DNA of 32,000 nucleotides from Nanoarchaeum equitans Kin4-M. GTDB taxonomy: Archaea > Nanobdellota > Nanobdellia > Nanobdellales > Nanoarchaeaceae. Under the pieces are notes generated by a model. The model searched no databases. It was not told the DNA's origin and saw nothing but the letters and a program-made list of their open reading frames with translations. Positions 28,755 to 32,000 of the stretch are shown here, one piece after another. Location of the stretch: assembly GCA_000008085.1 (NCBI GenBank), contig AE017199.1, positions 330,001-362,000 of the forward strand, read 5' to 3'. Every line of letters starts with the position of its first letter. Positions within the stretch are counted from its first letter, which is position 1. The translations under genes and the position numbers were made by a program.

Positions 28755-28936
28755 TTGATCGCTTCAGCTTTCGCTTGTTCTATAATTCTTTTATATAATT
28801 GTTCTCCTTCTCTATATGCTTGTTCTATAATCGCTTTATAATCCATGTGGGCCTGCTTAATCATAGAATAAAACAATCTATTTATTCTTTCTATTTTCTC
28901 TATTATTGTTGGCACTGTTAGTTTTATGTGGCTCAT
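28751..28936 (-). CDS. atpH: A-type ATP synthase subunit H-like coiled-coil protein
   Basis: Short helical protein directly upstream of atpI with ATGA overlap. The start may be internal. Confidence 0.5.
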   Translation of the reverse strand: MSHIKLTVPTIIEKIERINRLFYSMIKQAHMDYKAIIEQAYREGEQLYKRIIEQAKAEAIK

Positions 28937-29087
28937 TTAAAAGGCTTTCCTTTAGTGCTTCAGCTATAGATTCTTTTATTATCTCTTTAGCAAAATTCTT
29001 TATATGGGGTCTAAGAAAAACCATAACTGTAACAGAGGCGAGCAATACTCCTAACACATAGCCCAAAGCGCTATCTATCATAGACAT
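28878..29087 (-). CDS. small single-TM protein
   Basis: SALGYVLGVLLASVTVMVFLRP TM followed by an amphipathic helix. Confidence 0.5.
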   Translation of the reverse strand: MSMIDSALGYVLGVLLASVTVMVFLRPHIKNFAKEIIKESIAEALKESLLNEPHKTNSANNNRENRKNK

Positions 29088-29134
29088 TGGGCTTTATCCC
29101 ATAATAACTTTAAATATTGTTGTTTTGTAGTTTA

Positions 29135-29446
29135 ATGGAAATTATCAAAGAAGAACCAATCACTAATGAAAAAGCCTATCAAATATTGGCTAAACAAAAA
29201 CAATTATCTTATAGAGCAGAAAGAACGAAAAAGTATTTGGAAAAAATCGGTTTTATAAAGAATAGTGACGAAATATTAAAGCAATTGGTTGATTTAGGCA
29301 TAGAGTTGGAAAAAGCGATAATGATTGTAAATACTATGCCAAAAACAAACGATGAAGTAAGGGCTATATTAGAAAAAGATTACACCCCCGAAATAGGCAA
29401 AAAAGTATTAGAAATAATGAAGAAGGCTTTAAGCTCTGAAAAATGA
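29135..29446 (+). CDS. rpoF: RNA polymerase subunit F (Rpb4)
   Basis: LVDLGIELEKAIMIVNTMPKTNDEVRAIL. ATG 29135 preferred over 29117 because of TATA spacing. Confidence 0.88.
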   Translation: MEIIKEEPITNEKAYQILAKQKQLSYRAERTKKYLEKIGFIKNSDEILKQLVDLGIELEKAIMIVNTMPKTNDEVRAILEKDYTPEIGKKVLEIMKKALSSEK

Positions 29447-29466
29447 TGACCCCTGGCAGGGACAGA
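29417..29466 (+). ncRNA. C/D-box guide sRNA (variant C/D pair)
   Basis: C ATGAAGA 29417-29423; guide AGGCTTTAAGCT; D' CTGA 29436-29439; 3-nt spacer; C' ATGATGA 29443-29449; guide CCCCTGGCAGGGA; D CAGA 29463-29466. Same layout and CAGATTAT ending as the sRNA at 4557. Confidence 0.75.
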
Positions 29467-30798
29467 TTATAGCTTTTGAACCAATTTATATAATAACCTA
29501 ACCCCAAACCCCGTTAATCCTTTGTATGCGCTTGGTATTGCCCTATTAGCTATCGCTGGCCCAGCGATATCTAAATGTAGGAATTTTTCTATAGGGCTAA
29601 ACTCTTTCAAAAATAGCCCTCCCTGGATTGCATGCGCTTCTCTCCCATTAGCATTCTTAATATCTGCTACAGCACTTTTTAATAATTCTCTATAACCTTC
29701 ATATAAAGGTAATTCCCATACCAATTCGTAGACTTCCTTTCCCGCTTCAATTGCTTTATTTACTAAATCTTTTTCCCCCATCGCTGCGGCGATTTCGTGG
29801 CCCAAAGCGATTATTTGTCCTCCTGTTAATGTTGAAACCTCTATTATGGCTTTTGGATTATATTTTGCACTATAAGCAATTGCATCTGCCAATGTTAATC
29901 TTCCTTCTGCGTCGGTATTAGTTACTTCAACAGTTTTCCCATTATAAGCCTTTATTATGTCATTAACTTTATAGGATTCTCCTGAAATAACATTTTCTGC
30001 TATAGGTATTAACGCAACTATTGGAATATCTTTTTTGTTTTTAGCTATTGCATATAGCGCCCCAATTACTGCGGCAGAACCGGACATGTCTCCATGCATA
30101 TTATACATATAATCTGTGGGCTTCAACGAATAACCTCCTGTATCAAAGGTTATTGCTTTCCCAACTAAAACAATAGGGTTGTCCTTTAAATTGTATTCTA
30201 AAATAACTAACCTTGGTTTGTATATACTGCCTTTGCCTACATAAACCAATAAGTTTAACCCTTCTCTTATTAAATCGTCGTAATGTAATACTTTTATATT
30301 TACAGGCAATCCCTTAAATATCTCGATTATTTTCTTTTCATATGTTTCAGGATTTAATACATTTGGGGGTTCGTTAGCTAAATCCCTAGCTAAATATTGT
30401 GCTTCCATTAATGTGATATATTCTTTTACCTTCTCTTTGTCATCGCAAATAAATTTTATTATTTTCTCTTGCTTTTCGCTTTTGTATCTATCAAATATAT
30501 AAGATGTAGAAAGAATCCCAATAATGGCTTTATCTTTGCTCTCTATTTCTCTTAAATCTATTATAAATTCTTTGAACGGACTATTTTTTATATATCTTCC
30601 TGCTAAGAAATAGGCTTTCCATTCGTCTTTTACATAAACTATTAGATAATCTCTATCTTTTTTTACAAAAATAGCATTATCTCTTTTAAAGAAATCTTCA
30701 TCAACATTAGCATAGCTTTTTACTGATTCCCTATCTTTAAAGAACTTTACTATCACTCCCCCATCCGCGTGGTCTGTTAAATAAAATTTGGTTGGCAT
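29467..30798 (-). CDS. pepA: leucyl aminopeptidase (M17)
   Basis: GKAITFDTGGYSLKP, NTDAEGRLTLADA. Confidence 0.93.
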   Translation of the reverse strand: MPTKFYLTDHADGGVIVKFFKDRESVKSYANVDEDFFKRDNAIFVKKDRDYLIVYVKDEWKAYFLAGRYIKNSPFKEFIIDLREIESKDKAIIGILSTSYIFDRYKSEKQEKIIKFICDDKEKVKEYITLMEAQYLARDLANEPPNVLNPETYEKKIIEIFKGLPVNIKVLHYDDLIREGLNLLVYVGKGSIYKPRLVILEYNLKDNPIVLVGKAITFDTGGYSLKPTDYMYNMHGDMSGSAAVIGALYAIAKNKKDIPIVALIPIAENVISGESYKVNDIIKAYNGKTVEVTNTDAEGRLTLADAIAYSAKYNPKAIIEVSTLTGGQIIALGHEIAAAMGEKDLVNKAIEAGKEVYELVWELPLYEGYRELLKSAVADIKNANGREAHAIQGGLFLKEFSPIEKFLHLDIAGPAIANRAIPSAYKGLTGFGVRLLYKLVQKL

Positions 30799-30844
30799 TA
30801 ATTAATTTGATGTTATTTTATAAAAGGGTTTTTTATTATTATGT

Positions 30845-31135
30845 ATGATGAAGAAAAAATTCGAAGAAGCATTAACCAAATTCGAAGAGTTTGGGTTGGT
30901 AACATTAGCATTAGCATTCGTTTTTTTGGTTTTAGTATTGTATCCATTGTTTATGGGAGTAGCTTTTGCTTTTGTAGGGTTAGTTTTTAACAATATACCT
31001 TATGCACATAATGCAATAGTTTATACATTAAAGCAATTTGGCTTAGATTTTACTAATAAGTTAGATTATCTAGGATTCTTCGCTGGGGTACTATTGGCAT
31101 ACCTTTCAATATTAGTAGGAGAATTCCGAAGATGA
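30845..31135 (+). CDS. hypothetical membrane protein (two TM)
   Basis: Hydrophobic ORF overlapping the next start. Confidence 0.6.
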   Translation: MMKKKFEEALTKFEEFGLVTLALAFVFLVLVLYPLFMGVAFAFVGLVFNNIPYAHNAIVYTLKQFGLDFTNKLDYLGFFAGVLLAYLSILVGEFRR

Positions 31136-31713
31136 TCGAGATATTAATAGCAATATTAGATATAGTTTTATCTATTTGGAACGCTTACGCTTCAGGGTAT
31201 AATAGTGTATTGCTAAGAAAATTAGAGTTTTCTAACGATTGGAAGATAACCCTATTCAGTATAGCGAACCAGTTTGCTTTAGTCTTAGCATTTGCTGGCG
31301 CAACATATGGTACAGCAATAATATTAGGATATATATTAATGTATTTGCATTATATTAGCTATAAAGCGCTAATCGCTTTATTGTCGCTAAACAATTTAGT
31401 TTTTGGAGGTTTAATAGTATTCACTGGTATAGTTATTACTATACAATCCATAGTGCAAGCATCAGTAACTAAAAAAGCTATAGATATTGGAGTGGCGATA
31501 TATAACACTATAGCGTCTTTGTTTAACCTAATACAATACATACAAGCTTTCCCCGCTTTAACAGAAACCTGGAACGAAAGCGAAGAAGAAAACAAAAACC
31601 AAGCGTTAATAGTATTAGCCTTAGCTGCTTTTATTGGAATAGTATTAACATTTTATGCCTATAAGATGGGAAGAGAAAAAGCATTAAAAGAAATAAATTA
31701 TTCAATCGCATAA
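31132..31713 (+). CDS. hypothetical multi-pass membrane protein
   Basis: About five TM segments. Confidence 0.65.
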   Translation: MIEILIAILDIVLSIWNAYASGYNSVLLRKLEFSNDWKITLFSIANQFALVLAFAGATYGTAIILGYILMYLHYISYKALIALLSLNNLVFGGLIVFTGIVITIQSIVQASVTKKAIDIGVAIYNTIASLFNLIQYIQAFPALTETWNESEEENKNQALIVLALAAFIGIVLTFYAYKMGREKALKEINYSIA

Positions 31714-32000
31714 TTTATTGCTTCTCTTAGATTTTTAACAGGTATTATAGTGAAATTAAATTGTTTAAAATATTGGACCAAATCTATTTGCTTTGGCTCT
31801 AATACCATTGTACAAGTTTTTATCCCTAATATTGTGTGGCACTTCTCTTTATACAAATAAACAGTATAATATCTGTTTTGCCACGGTATTATAAAGCAAT
31901 TGTATTTTTGCATAACTGCTTTGGCTTTTTCTATTATACCCCCAACAGGGTAAACATTACCATAACTATCTACTACTCCTGTGGCAACACAATTTTTTAG
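31698..32000 (-). CDS. C-terminal end of a Lon/S16-family protease-like domain protein (runs off window)
   Basis: Manual translation past the track ORF start: ...NCVATGVVDSYGNVYPVGGIIEKAKAVMQKYNCFIIPWQNRYY resembles S16 TG..dpdG.v.PVGGi.eKa.Aa. Confidence 0.7.
   Translation of the reverse strand, partial: LKNCVATGVVDSYGNVYPVGGIIEKAKAVMQKYNCFIIPWQNRYYTVYLYKEKCHTILGIKTCTMVLEPKQIDLVQYFKQFNFTIIPVKNLREAINYAIE

Noticed and set aside
1-32000. CRISPR array, transposon or prophage
   Set aside because: No regularly spaced repeats, transposase or integrase motifs, or viral structural genes seen.

Overview
AT-rich, very compact archaeal chromosome segment. Gene content points to a reduced, Nanoarchaeota/DPANN-like genome; this is inference from content, not a database placement. 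Informational genes dominate: Mre11-like nuclease, Taw1/TYW1, TrmJ, prefoldin alpha, Hef helicase-nuclease, uS5, TyrRS, eL41, aIF5A, a GatE C-terminal piece, a PriS-PriL fused primase, eL21, EndoIII, MetAP, RpoP, MoxR plus VWA proteins, deoxyhypusine synthase, aIF2alpha, RpoF/Rpb4, V/A-ATPase subunit I and leucyl aminopeptidase. Two very large secreted or membrane proteins of unknown function are also present. The most interesting material is RNA: (1) three C/D-box sRNAs that share an unusual paired variation, one K-turn AUGAUGA/CUGA and the other AUGAAGA/CAGA, each overlapping a stop codon, two of them with guides matching archaeal 16S rRNA; (2) a two-hairpin H/ACA-like guide RNA with two canonical K-turns and 16-nt spacing to both ACA boxes; (3) a tRNA-Glu(CUC) 5' half with no 3' half, and a separate tRNA 3' half (probably Gln-UUG), consistent with trans-split tRNAs; (4) split or fused protein genes (GatE tail alone, Lhr DEAD_assoc domain alone, one-chain primase); (5) hef and the VWA gene lack a canonical start codon at the point where the conserved reading frame begins, the latter next to an A9 run in moxR.
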